Origin: a candidate division FCPU426 bacterium
GTDB lineage: Bacteria > Oederibacteriota > Muellerivitia > Muellerivitales > Muellerivitaceae
NCBI GenBank assembly: GCA_963796105.1
Contig: CAWCKJ010000003.1
Location: 160,001 to 224,000 of the forward strand
Direction: 5' to 3'
DNA: 64,000 nucleotides
The notes beneath the pieces were generated by a model that worked only from the letters and a program-made list of their open reading frames with translations, ran no database searches and had not been told where the DNA came from. Each line of letters opens with the position of its first letter. Within the stretch, counting starts at the first letter, position 1. Shown here piece by piece: positions 10,625 to 20,717 of the stretch. The position numbers and the translations under genes were made by a program.

Positions 10625-11588
10625 AAAGAATAAATATATTGGTTTGGCCGGTTTGGTCTGCCTGATAAGCATGGGTTTGGCTTCATCAGGGATTTGTAAA
10701 ACCACCGAGGGGGAGGATGAAAATGACCACCTATCCCCGCCCCCTACCCCTATATCCGCTGATCGATACCGAAAAATGAATCAGGCGGATCAAGAAAAAT
10801 CCGTTAAAACGCTGAAAACCGCCAAGAAGGAAAAATCGGAAGTTTCATCCGCAACCTCCCCCGCCGCCCAGGTAAGGGCGGGGGATAATATAAGCGTCTA
10901 TTATTTCACGAAAGCTGGTTTTGTAATAACACAGCCATCCCAATTACCTTCATTGGGTAAAGTGGTTGGGGACCTTAGCGAGACGAACGCCTCCGGCCCG
11001 GGCGTTTTAAGTTACAGCCAAGCGAAAAAACCTTATATTGAATATTCCTCCAAGGCTGAGTTAAATATAGACGATTTACTGGTTGTTTATTCGATTTCTC
11101 CGGAAAATATTAATGAACCCGAATCGAATTTTTCCGGTTTTCTGGTTGAAAACAGGGCTATCGTAAAGGTGATTTCTGTCCAAAAGAAGTATTGCCAAGT
11201 GGAGATCGTTAAATCCTTCGTTGCTTTTCACGCGGGAGACCGTGTCCGGCCATACAGCGATGAGCTTCAAAGATGGACAAAGGCTCAAACTAAAAAACCA
11301 CTTCCCTCAAATGAAATCCATTGTTATGTATGCGGTGGAGAGGTTCAAAAAACAGCTTATTCCCAGTCGGATTTCATCATCTTGACCGCCGGCACGAACA
11401 AGGGTGTGGTTGAGGGACAAGTATTTCATCTAAAACAATTAGTTAAGAACGTGGAATTGAGGGAGGATCTTCATGCCTTCCGGGGTTCGGCGCGCGTATT
11501 TTTCGCGGGATCCAATTACTCCATGGCCCAAATTCTTTCCAGCAACGAATCCATCCAAAAAGGGTTTGAGGCGGTTTACAATCCCTGA
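10614..11588 (+). CDS. Exported protein resembling the TsaP/FlgT C-terminal domains (no LysM seen)
   Basis: Signal peptide; GFV...GKVVG...YI and IILTAGTNKGVVEGQVF...AQILSSNESIQKG patterns. Confidence 0.55.
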   Translation: MFAEKNKYIGLAGLVCLISMGLASSGICKTTEGEDENDHLSPPPTPISADRYRKMNQADQEKSVKTLKTAKKEKSEVSSATSPAAQVRAGDNISVYYFTKAGFVITQPSQLPSLGKVVGDLSETNASGPGVLSYSQAKKPYIEYSSKAELNIDDLLVVYSISPENINEPESNFSGFLVENRAIVKVISVQKKYCQVEIVKSFVAFHAGDRVRPYSDELQRWTKAQTKKPLPSNEIHCYVCGGEVQKTAYSQSDFIILTAGTNKGVVEGQVFHLKQLVKNVELREDLHAFRGSARVFFAGSNYSMAQILSSNESIQKGFEAVYNP

Positions 11589-11611
11589 ATCGGAGCCGGA
11601 TTAAGGTTTAA

Positions 11612-12469
11612 ATGGATTCCTTGAAAAACAAAACAGTTGAAGAAGACCCCTTTTTTTTAAAGATTCTTGAACATGTATTGGCCGAAAAAGGATTCGACGG
11701 CACGCATTACAAAATCAATTATATCAAGAGAAGGGTGGCAGTCCGAATGCGGGCATCCGGAACCCGCGATTACTTGGAATATTATCAGGCGTTAAAAAAA
11801 AACCGGGATGAAGTATCACTGCTGTTTGACCGTTTTACCATTCATGTGACGGATTTTTTCAGGGATGCCGAAGTTTACAATTCCATGAAGTTAAAAGTAC
11901 TTCCTGAAATTTTTCGGCAACCGGGATCCAGCCTTAAGATTTGGTGCGCCGGATGCAGCACGGGGCAAGAGCCTTATTCCATCGCCATCACTTTGAGGGA
12001 AAACAGCCCCAAGTACGCGGAGAAGAATATTAAAATCATCGCCACCGATATTGACGATGCCAGCATTCGTTTTGCCGAGCGGGGGACCTATCCCATTGCT
12101 TCACTGAAAAAACTCTCGAGCCAACAAATGAGCAAGTGGTTTTTGAACGAGGGGGAAAAAGCGCGCATATCCCAGGAATTGAGGGACTCGGTAAGGTTCA
12201 AAACGCATGATTTACTTGGACGTTGGGATTCGGATTTTTCGGATTTTAACCTTATATTATGTAGGAATCTCCTTATTTACCTTTCGGCGGTCCGCCAGCA
12301 AAAACTTTATCAAGGGTTTCACAAAGCATTGCGTCCGGATGGGTATTTGATTCTTGGTTTGACGGAAACATTAATGGGCGGGGCTCGTGAATTATTCCGC
12401 TGCGTTGACGTGAAGAACCGAATCTACAAAGTTTGCGGTTCAAAAACGCCTTCTGACAGAGGGGCTTGA
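11612..12469 (+). CDS. cheR: Protein-glutamate O-methyltransferase CheR
   Basis: TDFFRD, IWCAGCSTGQEPYSIA, IIATDID, ILCRNLLIY. Confidence 0.95.
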   Translation: MDSLKNKTVEEDPFFLKILEHVLAEKGFDGTHYKINYIKRRVAVRMRASGTRDYLEYYQALKKNRDEVSLLFDRFTIHVTDFFRDAEVYNSMKLKVLPEIFRQPGSSLKIWCAGCSTGQEPYSIAITLRENSPKYAEKNIKIIATDIDDASIRFAERGTYPIASLKKLSSQQMSKWFLNEGEKARISQELRDSVRFKTHDLLGRWDSDFSDFNLILCRNLLIYLSAVRQQKLYQGFHKALRPDGYLILGLTETLMGGARELFRCVDVKNRIYKVCGSKTPSDRGA

Positions 12470-12475
12470 GGGAAA

Positions 12476-13657
12476 ATGGATAAGGCACAGGATCATATTA
12501 ATCTCGGAACCGCTTTCACTCTTTCTAAACGGTATGACGACGCGATTGTGGAGTTTAAAAAAGCGCTGGTCTTGAGCCCATCGGATGGTGAAATCCTTTT
12601 TCAATTGGGGGGATTATGCACCAATATCGGGAATTACGAGGAAGCTGAGAATTATTACCACGACGCGCTATCCATCAACCCGATGAATTTAAACGCGCAT
12701 TGCAAATTGGGTTTGTTATTGGAAGTCCAGGGCAAGTACCAGGAATCCATACAAGAATTTCAAAAAGCCACTGAATTGAATCCGACTGACGCGGGCCTTT
12801 ACAACAACCTGGGAAATGTCTATTCGAAAATGGGCAGGTATCAGGAAGCCATTGATCAGTTTAAAAAATACACTGGCATCAATCCGAGCAACGCGGAAAT
12901 TTTCTTCAAAATGGGTTTTTCATTTGAACAGTTGGGCAGGCTTGATGAGGCCATCAACTCCTATGAACGAGCTCTAGTCCTAAATCCCCGACACGCGGCT
13001 GTTTACTCCATCCTGGGAAACGCTTACGCGAAAAAAGGGGATTATCAGGAGGCCATATCGCTTTATCAACAGGCCCTTCGATTAAATCCTCAAGAGCCGG
13101 AAGTCCATTTAAAATTGGGGGTGGCCTTCATGTCGCTCGGCCAATACGACAAGGCCTTGTCTGTTTTGGAGGAGGCGCGTCAAAAAAACCCGCAGAATGC
13201 CGAGGTTTATTTGAAGTTTGGGATGATTTACGCGGGCCGCGGCCAGCATGAGGAGGCCATTCAAATGTACCGAAAGGTCATGGAGATTAATCCCCATGAC
13301 GCAAGCGTCCATAATGTCTTGGGTTACATTTATGACCGGCAGGGAGACGCGGAAAAAGCCATGGAGGAATACCGCGCCGCCAAACTCATCAACCCCAATG
13401 ACATATTAATCTTGGATAATCTCGGGAACTTGAATTATAAACAAGGCCATTTTGATGAGGCGGCCCAGGATTTCGAGAGCTTGCTTCAATTGAATCCGCT
13501 GCATAGTGATGCCCACGCGAAGCTGGGAAATGTTTATTTAAAGAAAGGCGAAAAGAACAAGGCCGTCACCCACTGGGAAAAAGCCTTGGAACTTGATCCG
13601 TCCAATGAGATCCTCAAGAACAATTTAAGAATTGTCAAAGGAAGTCCCACGGCATGA
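12476..13657 (+). CDS. TPR repeat protein (about 11 repeats)
   Basis: Consecutive 34-aa units NLG..Y...G.Y.EAI..F.KA..LNP. Confidence 0.92.
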   Translation: MDKAQDHINLGTAFTLSKRYDDAIVEFKKALVLSPSDGEILFQLGGLCTNIGNYEEAENYYHDALSINPMNLNAHCKLGLLLEVQGKYQESIQEFQKATELNPTDAGLYNNLGNVYSKMGRYQEAIDQFKKYTGINPSNAEIFFKMGFSFEQLGRLDEAINSYERALVLNPRHAAVYSILGNAYAKKGDYQEAISLYQQALRLNPQEPEVHLKLGVAFMSLGQYDKALSVLEEARQKNPQNAEVYLKFGMIYAGRGQHEEAIQMYRKVMEINPHDASVHNVLGYIYDRQGDAEKAMEEYRAAKLINPNDILILDNLGNLNYKQGHFDEAAQDFESLLQLNPLHSDAHAKLGNVYLKKGEKNKAVTHWEKALELDPSNEILKNNLRIVKGSPTA

Positions 13658-14292
13658 TGAAGACCCAGGAAAAATCCCTCGGTGAATTATTGCGTCAGGC
13701 TGGGAAAATCACCTCCCGCCAAATTCAAGTGGCGTTATCGGAACAAAAAATAACCCATGAACCCATTGGGAAAATTCTTGTTTCACTTGGTTTTGTGGAG
13801 GAGAGGGATATTTTGCAGGTCATGGAAGGCATGGTGGTATTGACGTTCCGCATGGATAAAGAGCTGTTCGGGGTGGAAACTTTCCGCGCGCGAGAGGTCT
13901 TGAAATACACTGTATTAAAACCATTTGAAAATAAAGTTGGAAATTGGGAAGGGCATCTTGCCCTTCGCGGTGAGGAAATCCCAGTTTTGTCATTCAGGAA
14001 ATTCCTTGAGGTTCCCGCGACGGGTCCCGTGGAACGGAGCTGGTTCATTATCCTTGAGAAAAAGGGGAGGCCTTTCGCCCTTTGGGTGGACGAGGTCAGG
14101 GAAGTAACCCGCTTTAAAATCGATCAAATCGAGCCGGTTCCGCTTTATCTTTTGGGAAAAAAAACAGAATTGTATTATTGTTTAGGTAAAATAAAAGATG
14201 ACCTTTACTCGATCATCAATCCGGATAATTTAGTGGAAGATGTTCCCGAAAAGCCGCCGTTAATTGGAAAAAACCATGCCAGCTCAACCTGA
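13654..14292 (+). CDS. cheW: MshEN-like domain fused to CheW
   Basis: N-terminal SLGELLRQAGKITSRQIQVALSEQ-x5-PIGKILVSLG; CheW fold after aa ~58 (FGVE...REV, LRGEEIPV, LWVDEVREV). Confidence 0.8.
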   Translation: MMKTQEKSLGELLRQAGKITSRQIQVALSEQKITHEPIGKILVSLGFVEERDILQVMEGMVVLTFRMDKELFGVETFRAREVLKYTVLKPFENKVGNWEGHLALRGEEIPVLSFRKFLEVPATGPVERSWFIILEKKGRPFALWVDEVREVTRFKIDQIEPVPLYLLGKKTELYYCLGKIKDDLYSIINPDNLVEDVPEKPPLIGKNHASST

Positions 14293-16486
14293 AACAAAAA
14301 CCATCCGTGAATTAGCCCACGGAAGCGATCAAGGCGACGCGTCCACCCACAATAATTTGGGGGTTTTTTATTATTCCAAGGGCATGTACGCGGAAGCTAT
14401 CAAGGAATTTAAAACTGCGCTTGAGATCGATCCCGAGAACACCCAAGCATTGGAGAATCTGAAGGCCGTCAACCGGCACACGGGCCTTTACGACCGTTCG
14501 ATTGAAGCCTACAAAAAATCGACCCAAATGTTTCCATCGGATTCCGAGGCTAGTTATAACCTCGCCAATTCCTACCGGTATACGGGTCAATATGAAAAAG
14601 CAATCGTTGAATACCAGAAAACCATCGCCTTAAATCCAGAACATCCTTTCGCTAGAAACTACCTTGGTATCACTTACAAGTGCACGGGCCAGTTGGAGGA
14701 GGCCATTAAGGAATTCAAGAAAGCCATCGATGACAACCCCTATTACGCTGATCTTCATAACAATTTAGGCGAGGTTTATTACAAAAAAGCCATGTTGAAT
14801 GAGGCTCTCGTTGAGTTTAAAAAGGCCATTTCTCTTAACCCTGACTATGCCATCGCGCACTACAACTTGAGCTTCGTTTATGGCGATAAGAACATGCTGG
14901 AAGAGGCCGAGAGGGAGTTCAAGAAAGCGGTGGATTTGAACCCTAATTTCGGGCAGGGAGCGCAGGCGCTTTTGTCGATTGAGCGCGCGAAAAGCATGGA
15001 GGAGAAAGTCGCCGAGAAAATCGCTTCCGCCCCCCCCGCTCCCTCCGTGGAAACATACCTTAGTTTAGCGTCCGCTTACAGCGGGAAAGGACTCCTGGAT
15101 GAGGCCATCAGGGAATATAAAAGAGCCATTGAGGCCATGCCGAATGAGGAAAAATCCTACCGGGCTTTGGGTGAAATCTACCTACAGAAGGGCCTGATCG
15201 AGGACGCGTTAATGTCGTTCCAGAAGGCTATCGATATTTCACCCACCGACATCGAGAACTATATACAGCGGGGGATAGCCCTTCGGGAATTGAACCGTTG
15301 CGACGAATCGGTGAGCGAGTTTAAAAAAGCCATAGAATTAACGCAGAATTCCAGCAAGGCTCATTTTGAGATGGGAGTCACCTACTTCAAAATGGGTGAA
15401 ACTGAAAATGCCACGAGGGAAATTAGAAAAGCCCTGGAAATAGACCCTGAGAACGCTGAGGCGCATTATTATCTTGGCGTTTACTATTACAAAGTCAATC
15501 TTTACGACGAGGCCATCCGGGAGATCACCCAGGCCGTGGAGTTGGACGTCTCCATCGCCTCAAGCGCTGAGGCCCTTATTTATTTGGGATTGGCCCTGGC
15601 TGACAAAGGCCGTTTTGAGGAAGCCATCGCAGAGTATAAGAAGGCGATGGAATTGGACCCTAAAAACCCGATTATCCATAATAGTTTGGGAGTGGCCTAT
15701 AAAAACGCCGGAATGATCGATGATGCCATCCAGCATTATCAGAAGGCCATTTCCATCAACCCTCAATACGCCAAGGCCTATAATAATTTGGGAGTTGTTT
15801 ATTTTAAAATGAGCCAATATGAGAAAGCGATCGAAACATTCAAAAAAGCTGTCGAAATAGAGCCGGAATATAAAACGGCTCAAAATAACCTTTCAGTGGC
15901 CATGAAAAAGCGGATCGTTCTTTCCGAGGCATCGGAGGTTTTGATTAAGCAAATTATGGCTGACCCGGAAAATTATGCCTTGCATCAAAACCTCGGCATG
16001 CTTTACAAAAATACGGGGCAACACTCGGAAGCCGTACGCGAGTTCCAGGAAACCATACGCTTGAATCCGAAAAACCGGGAAGCTTTAACCCAACTCGGCG
16101 ACACTCATCTCCTGCTGGGGCATTTGGATGAAGCTGTCAAGGTGCTGGCTAAGGCAATTTCCTGCGACCCTACCCATCCGGACGCGCATATGCAATTGGG
16201 CAAGGTTTATATCCAACGCCAATGGTGGGATGAGGCTTTGGTTGAGTTCAAAAAGAGCCTGGAAGGAAATAAGAATTCCCCGGAGGTATATTATTATCTC
16301 GGCCAAGTCTACCGGTTCAAAGGCTGGTGGGACGACGCCATCCAAAAAATGCAAATGTACCTGGATTCAGCCAATACCGAGGAGGACAAGGTCATACAGG
16401 CCATCGATATCATCCAGCAAATCCAAGTTTGGCGAAAAGAACTCCAAGTTTCCCCGAGCGGGGACAAGGCGAAATATATAAAATAG
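14276..16486 (+). CDS. Large cytoplasmic TPR scaffold (roughly 19-20 repeats)
   Basis: TPR consensus over nearly the whole length; no signal peptide; ATG at 14276 chosen over the upstream TTG. Confidence 0.9.
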   Translation: MPAQPETKTIRELAHGSDQGDASTHNNLGVFYYSKGMYAEAIKEFKTALEIDPENTQALENLKAVNRHTGLYDRSIEAYKKSTQMFPSDSEASYNLANSYRYTGQYEKAIVEYQKTIALNPEHPFARNYLGITYKCTGQLEEAIKEFKKAIDDNPYYADLHNNLGEVYYKKAMLNEALVEFKKAISLNPDYAIAHYNLSFVYGDKNMLEEAEREFKKAVDLNPNFGQGAQALLSIERAKSMEEKVAEKIASAPPAPSVETYLSLASAYSGKGLLDEAIREYKRAIEAMPNEEKSYRALGEIYLQKGLIEDALMSFQKAIDISPTDIENYIQRGIALRELNRCDESVSEFKKAIELTQNSSKAHFEMGVTYFKMGETENATREIRKALEIDPENAEAHYYLGVYYYKVNLYDEAIREITQAVELDVSIASSAEALIYLGLALADKGRFEEAIAEYKKAMELDPKNPIIHNSLGVAYKNAGMIDDAIQHYQKAISINPQYAKAYNNLGVVYFKMSQYEKAIETFKKAVEIEPEYKTAQNNLSVAMKKRIVLSEASEVLIKQIMADPENYALHQNLGMLYKNTGQHSEAVREFQETIRLNPKNREALTQLGDTHLLLGHLDEAVKVLAKAISCDPTHPDAHMQLGKVYIQRQWWDEALVEFKKSLEGNKNSPEVYYYLGQVYRFKGWWDDAIQKMQMYLDSANTEEDKVIQAIDIIQQIQVWRKELQVSPSGDKAKYIK

Positions 16487-16493
16487 GGGCACA

Positions 16494-16832
16494 ATGAAAC
16501 TACTTCTTTGCATCATTCCTCCCAAAAAGATCGAGCAAGTCAAAAAAGCATTGTGGGAAGCGGGAGTCAGGGGTGTTACGCTATCGGAAGGGTCGGGCTA
16601 TGGATATCAAAAGGTCCAAGTCGATTCAGTCCGCGGGACGGATTATAAAGTACAGTATCAGGAACGTATCCGTTTGGAAATTGTTTTGCCGGATGAGGAT
16701 GTTGAAAAGGTCATTGAGCTGCTGCTTGAAAACATCCGGACTGGGAGGATCGGCGACGGAAAAATTTTTGTTATTCCGGTCGAGGAAGTTGTGCGGGTGC
16801 GGACTGGCGAAAGAGGGGAAAGCGGTTTGTAA
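16494..16832 (+). CDS. P-II family signal transduction protein, atypical
   Basis: 112 aa; G35-x-G37-x-Q39-K40, R47-G48, Y51, TGRIGDGKIF, RVRTGE. Confidence 0.95.
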   Translation: MKLLLCIIPPKKIEQVKKALWEAGVRGVTLSEGSGYGYQKVQVDSVRGTDYKVQYQERIRLEIVLPDEDVEKVIELLLENIRTGRIGDGKIFVIPVEEVVRVRTGERGESGL

Positions 16833-16912
16833 ACCGGGTTGAACCGGCCGGATTCGCGGGCATTTGCCTCAATTGATGATCGAAAATGTGATTTCCTTAA
16901 GAGGAGGATAGA

Positions 16913-17275
16913 GTGGCCCAACGTGTTTTAATCGTGGATGACGCCTCGTTCATGCGGATGATGCTGAAAAATATCTTAGCCGGTGCGGGTTATGAGATAG
17001 CCGGAGAGGCTGAAAACGGCGCGAAAGCGATTGAGCAGTATATGGCCTTGAAGCCGGATTTAATCATCATGGACATCATCATGCCTGAAATGGGGGGCAT
17101 CGACGCGGTCCGGCAAATCATCAAGAACGTACCGAACGCGAAGATCCTTATTTGCAGTTCCATGGGCCAGCAATCCTTAGTGGTTGAGGCCATCCAAGCC
17201 GGGGCAAAAGACTATATTGTGAAACCATTCCAACCCTCTAATGTGCTGGAAGCGGTTAAAAAAGCGTTGGCCTGA
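16913..17275 (+). CDS. cheY: Response regulator CheY
   Basis: IVDDASFMR, MDIIMP, YIVKPF. Confidence 0.95.
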   Translation: MAQRVLIVDDASFMRMMLKNILAGAGYEIAGEAENGAKAIEQYMALKPDLIIMDIIMPEMGGIDAVRQIIKNVPNAKILICSSMGQQSLVVEAIQAGAKDYIVKPFQPSNVLEAVKKALA

Positions 17276-17331
17276 TAAAGGGTTTTTTGATCCAGTCTGA
17301 ATGAAAAACTCCGGAATAAGGGGTAAACCTT

Positions 17332-17967
17332 ATGGGCAAGGAATTCGAGTCGTTCTCGGAACTTCAACTTGACGCTTTGAGGGAAATTGGAAACGTGGGA
17401 GCGGGTAACGCCGCGACGGCCCTTTCGCAAATGGTCGGCCAGCCCATTGAAATGTCTGTGACGAGAGTCAAGGTCCTGCCCACGGAAGAAATAGCGAAAT
17501 TCCTGGGCGGCATGGAAAAAAACGTGGCCGCTGTGTACTTGCCCATATACGGTGATATCTCAGGCGTGGTACTTATCTTTTTTCCCATCGAGATCCTTCC
17601 GGGCCTAGCGGTATTTTTACTTCAAAAAGAAATCACGAGTTCCGATCTTAACGAGTTGGACCGCTCGGCCATCAAGGAATTGGGCAGTATCCTGACGGGC
17701 GCCTATTTGAGCGCCCTGTTCCGTTTTATCCAGGTCCAAATGATCCATGGCGTCCCGACCCTCGTGGTGGATATGGCCCAAGCCATCCTGGACACGGTCT
17801 TGGTGGATCTGGAGCAAAAAGAGGAGATTGCGATAGTGATTGAAACGGAGTTTTTGGAAAAGGAAAGGAAAATAACAGGCAGCTTTTTTCTTTTACCCGA
17901 AACCGGCGCCTTGGAAAGGTTTTTTGCCTCATTTTCCAAATCCTTTGGATCTTCCGGTAATGCATGA
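17332..17967 (+). CDS. cheC: CheY-P phosphatase CheC
   Basis: DALREIGNVGAGNAATALS; second site SAIKELGS. Confidence 0.93.
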   Translation: MGKEFESFSELQLDALREIGNVGAGNAATALSQMVGQPIEMSVTRVKVLPTEEIAKFLGGMEKNVAAVYLPIYGDISGVVLIFFPIEILPGLAVFLLQKEITSSDLNELDRSAIKELGSILTGAYLSALFRFIQVQMIHGVPTLVVDMAQAILDTVLVDLEQKEEIAIVIETEFLEKERKITGSFFLLPETGALERFFASFSKSFGSSGNA

Positions 17968-18445
17968 AACCGATTGGGTTGTAGGAATCGCCGAAATCAG
18001 GACGGCTAAAAGCCCGGACCGGCTTGTGGCCTATGGCTTAGGCTCCTGTGTCGGTATCGCGTTATATGATCCCCTCCTCAAACTGGGAGGTTTGGCGCAC
18101 CCCATGCTGCCCTCGAGCCGGTTTCATCCATTGTCAAAATCCAAGGGAAAATTCGTGGACTCGGCACTTGAGGAGCTTATTCATCAAATGGTGGGGGAGG
18201 GAGGTGAAATAAGCCGATTTCAAGCCAAACTGATCGGTGGCGCGAACATGTTTAACTCTATCATAAAAACACCTCTCACCATTGGTGTCCGCAACGCGAT
18301 GGCGGCCAGGGAGGTACTGGGAAACCGCCAAATATCGATCGTCGGGGAGGAAGTAGGCGGAACCCAAGGCCGGACCGTTTATTTCTCATTGTCTGATGGG
18401 ATGGCGCAAATCCGGAAGTTTAACCAAGAGGATGTGCGTATTTAA
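17960..18445 (+). CDS. cheD: Chemoreceptor glutamine deamidase CheD
   Basis: GLGSCVGIALYD, GGLAHPMLP, AKLIGGANMF, GGTQGRT. Confidence 0.95.
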   Translation: MHETDWVVGIAEIRTAKSPDRLVAYGLGSCVGIALYDPLLKLGGLAHPMLPSSRFHPLSKSKGKFVDSALEELIHQMVGEGGEISRFQAKLIGGANMFNSIIKTPLTIGVRNAMAAREVLGNRQISIVGEEVGGTQGRTVYFSLSDGMAQIRKFNQEDVRI

Positions 18446-18582
18446 TTCAAGCGACTGTTAAGGGAAAACCTTTTTTCGGCTGTAGGGTTTGCGGGGGATC
18501 AAAACCCATTTGAACTTTTGTTGATTTTTCGTTTATTCGAATAAACTTTGCCGCTCAACCAGGATTATTGGGGAAAAATCAA

Positions 18583-19089
18583 ATGACGATGGACAATTCA
18601 AGCGAAACACAAACGTTAGACTTGGCCGCTGGACAAAATCAAGTGATTGTTTTTGAGCTTTCGGGATGTTTGTTCGGATTGGATATCCTGCAGGTTCTTG
18701 AAATTATCCGTTTGGTAGAGATGACATTAGTCCCCAAGACGCCAGCGTTCTTAGAGGGGATCATTCACTTGAGGGGAAAAATCATTCCGGTCATGGATTT
18801 GAAAAAACGCTTTGGTTTGCCGCTTGCTGATTATTGCCAGGAAAGCCGGATTCTTATCGTGCAATGGCAAGATCAAACGATGGGTTTTTTAGTGGACAAG
18901 GTATTGGAGGCAGGCCGTGTTTTTTCGAAGTCGGTCATTCCGGTGAAGGAGCCCATTCTCGACATAAACCCTATTTATCTGGAGGGCCTCATAAGCTGGA
19001 AGGGAAAAACGGTTTTGATGATCAAGCTGGAAAAAGTTTTTTGGGCTGAAAAGTGGAAGGGAAATTCTGAATACGAAATGAATATTTAG
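18583..19089 (+). CDS. cheW: Coupling protein CheW
   Basis: FGLDILQVLEII, LEGIIHLRGKIIPVMDL, GFLVDKV. Confidence 0.93.
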   Translation: MTMDNSSETQTLDLAAGQNQVIVFELSGCLFGLDILQVLEIIRLVEMTLVPKTPAFLEGIIHLRGKIIPVMDLKKRFGLPLADYCQESRILIVQWQDQTMGFLVDKVLEAGRVFSKSVIPVKEPILDINPIYLEGLISWKGKTVLMIKLEKVFWAEKWKGNSEYEMNI

Positions 19090-19102
19090 GAGGAGTGGAC
19101 CT

Positions 19103-19465
19103 TTGACCTACCGCGTCTTATTTGTCGACGATTCGTCTTTCATGCGCACCATATTGAAAGGTATCATCCTGAAGGAACCTTATGTTCTGGCGGGGGAAGC
19201 CTCAAACGGAAAAGAGGCCTTGGAAATTTTTAAGCGTGAGAATCCGGATCTCATCACGATGGATATTGTTATGCCGGAGATGGATGGCATTGAAACCGTG
19301 CGTCAAATACGGGAAATTAAACCTGACGCTAAAATTATTATGGTGAGCGCCATGGGCCAGCAGAGCATGGTCATTGAGGCCATTCAGGCGGGAGCGAGAG
19401 ATTTCATCATCAAGCCCTTCCAGCCGCCGCGCGTCCAAGAAGCCTTGAAAAGAGTCATGGGTTAA
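19103..19465 (+). CDS. cheY: Response regulator CheY (second copy)
   Basis: FVDDSSFMR, MDIVMP, FIIKPF; TTG start with AGGAGGAG RBS. Confidence 0.95.
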   Translation: MTYRVLFVDDSSFMRTILKGIILKEPYVLAGEASNGKEALEIFKRENPDLITMDIVMPEMDGIETVRQIREIKPDAKIIMVSAMGQQSMVIEAIQAGARDFIIKPFQPPRVQEALKRVMG

Positions 19466-19500
19466 GATTCTGGAACACATAATAATTTTAAAGGAATCTC

Positions 19501-20610
19501 ATGCCCAGTGAATTGATTCCGCCGGTACGAGTTCTTGTCGTGGACGACTCGTTTTTTATCAGGAAAATGTTATCTGAAATTCTCGGGGCGGCTGGAAACA
19601 ATATTATAGTGGTGGATACGGCTCAAGATGGGATCGAGGCCATCCATAAACTGAAAACACTCAAACCGGACGTGATTACGCTTGATGTGGAGATGCCCAA
19701 ATTAAACGGCATTGATACGCTGGAACGGATCATGAGTGAGAATCCGACTCCGGTAATTATGCTTTCGAGCCACACCGGAAAAGGAATGGAAATCACGCTT
19801 CGCGCCCTTGAAATCGGGGCGGTCGATTGCGTTTTAAAACCATCGGCAAAGCCGATGGTGGATTTAAGGGGCATCGAGCGTGAATTGATCGAAAAAATAA
19901 GAATGGCCGCCCTTTGCCGTCCCCGCCACGGTTTATTGTCTTTTGGGGGAATAGCGGCCGACGTTTTAAGGCCTGTGCCGGAGAAATCATCGCTCCCCAA
20001 TATGAGTAAAGCCGTTGCCGAGCGGCCCGCGAAGTTTTTAGTCGCCGTCGCCTCGTCGACGGGCGGTCCGAGGGCCTTGAATGAGCTTTTTTCGAAGATC
20101 GAACCGGAGCCCGCCACTTCCTTTCTCATTGTCCAGCATATACCGGTCGGGTTTACAAAGGCTTTGGCGAAAAGGCTTCAGGAAATCAGCGCCATGAAAA
20201 TCACCGAGGCGGCAAACGGTGAGATGATTCTAGCGGGTCACGCATATGTGGCGCCAGCCGGGAATCATTTAACGGTTGAGGGGAACCCCGGCCATTTCAG
20301 GTTTATCTTGAATGATTTACCCCCGCATTTGGGGGTAAAACCTTCCGCGGATATCCTCATGATTTCCGTGGCGCGAGCGTCGGGTAACCAGTGCGCGGGT
20401 GTGGTTTTAACCGGGATGGGCCATGATGGCACCGCGGGATTAAGGGAGATCCGTTCCGCGGGAGGCAAAACTTTCGCCCAGGACGCCGACAGTTGCGTGG
20501 TTTACGGCATGCCGAAATCCGCTTATGAATCGGGGGTCGTGGATCGCCAATTGACTTTGGACCGCATGGCGATAGAGTTGAACGCCTTAGCCGGGGGATT
20601 AAAAGATTGA
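19501..20610 (+). CDS. cheB: Methylesterase response regulator CheB
   Basis: REC domain plus ASSTGGP, VQHIP, LTGMGHDG catalytic motifs. Confidence 0.96.
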   Translation: MPSELIPPVRVLVVDDSFFIRKMLSEILGAAGNNIIVVDTAQDGIEAIHKLKTLKPDVITLDVEMPKLNGIDTLERIMSENPTPVIMLSSHTGKGMEITLRALEIGAVDCVLKPSAKPMVDLRGIERELIEKIRMAALCRPRHGLLSFGGIAADVLRPVPEKSSLPNMSKAVAERPAKFLVAVASSTGGPRALNELFSKIEPEPATSFLIVQHIPVGFTKALAKRLQEISAMKITEAANGEMILAGHAYVAPAGNHLTVEGNPGHFRFILNDLPPHLGVKPSADILMISVARASGNQCAGVVLTGMGHDGTAGLREIRSAGGKTFAQDADSCVVYGMPKSAYESGVVDRQLTLDRMAIELNALAGGLKD

Positions 20611-20717
20611 CACCTTCAATTGACCGGCTGATTTCAGACCCCGGCCAAGCGGCGACCTGAAGGGTCGTCCCGTAACCGGAGGGTTTATTTGTATTTAAGC
20701 TTTTTGGAGGATGGGCC

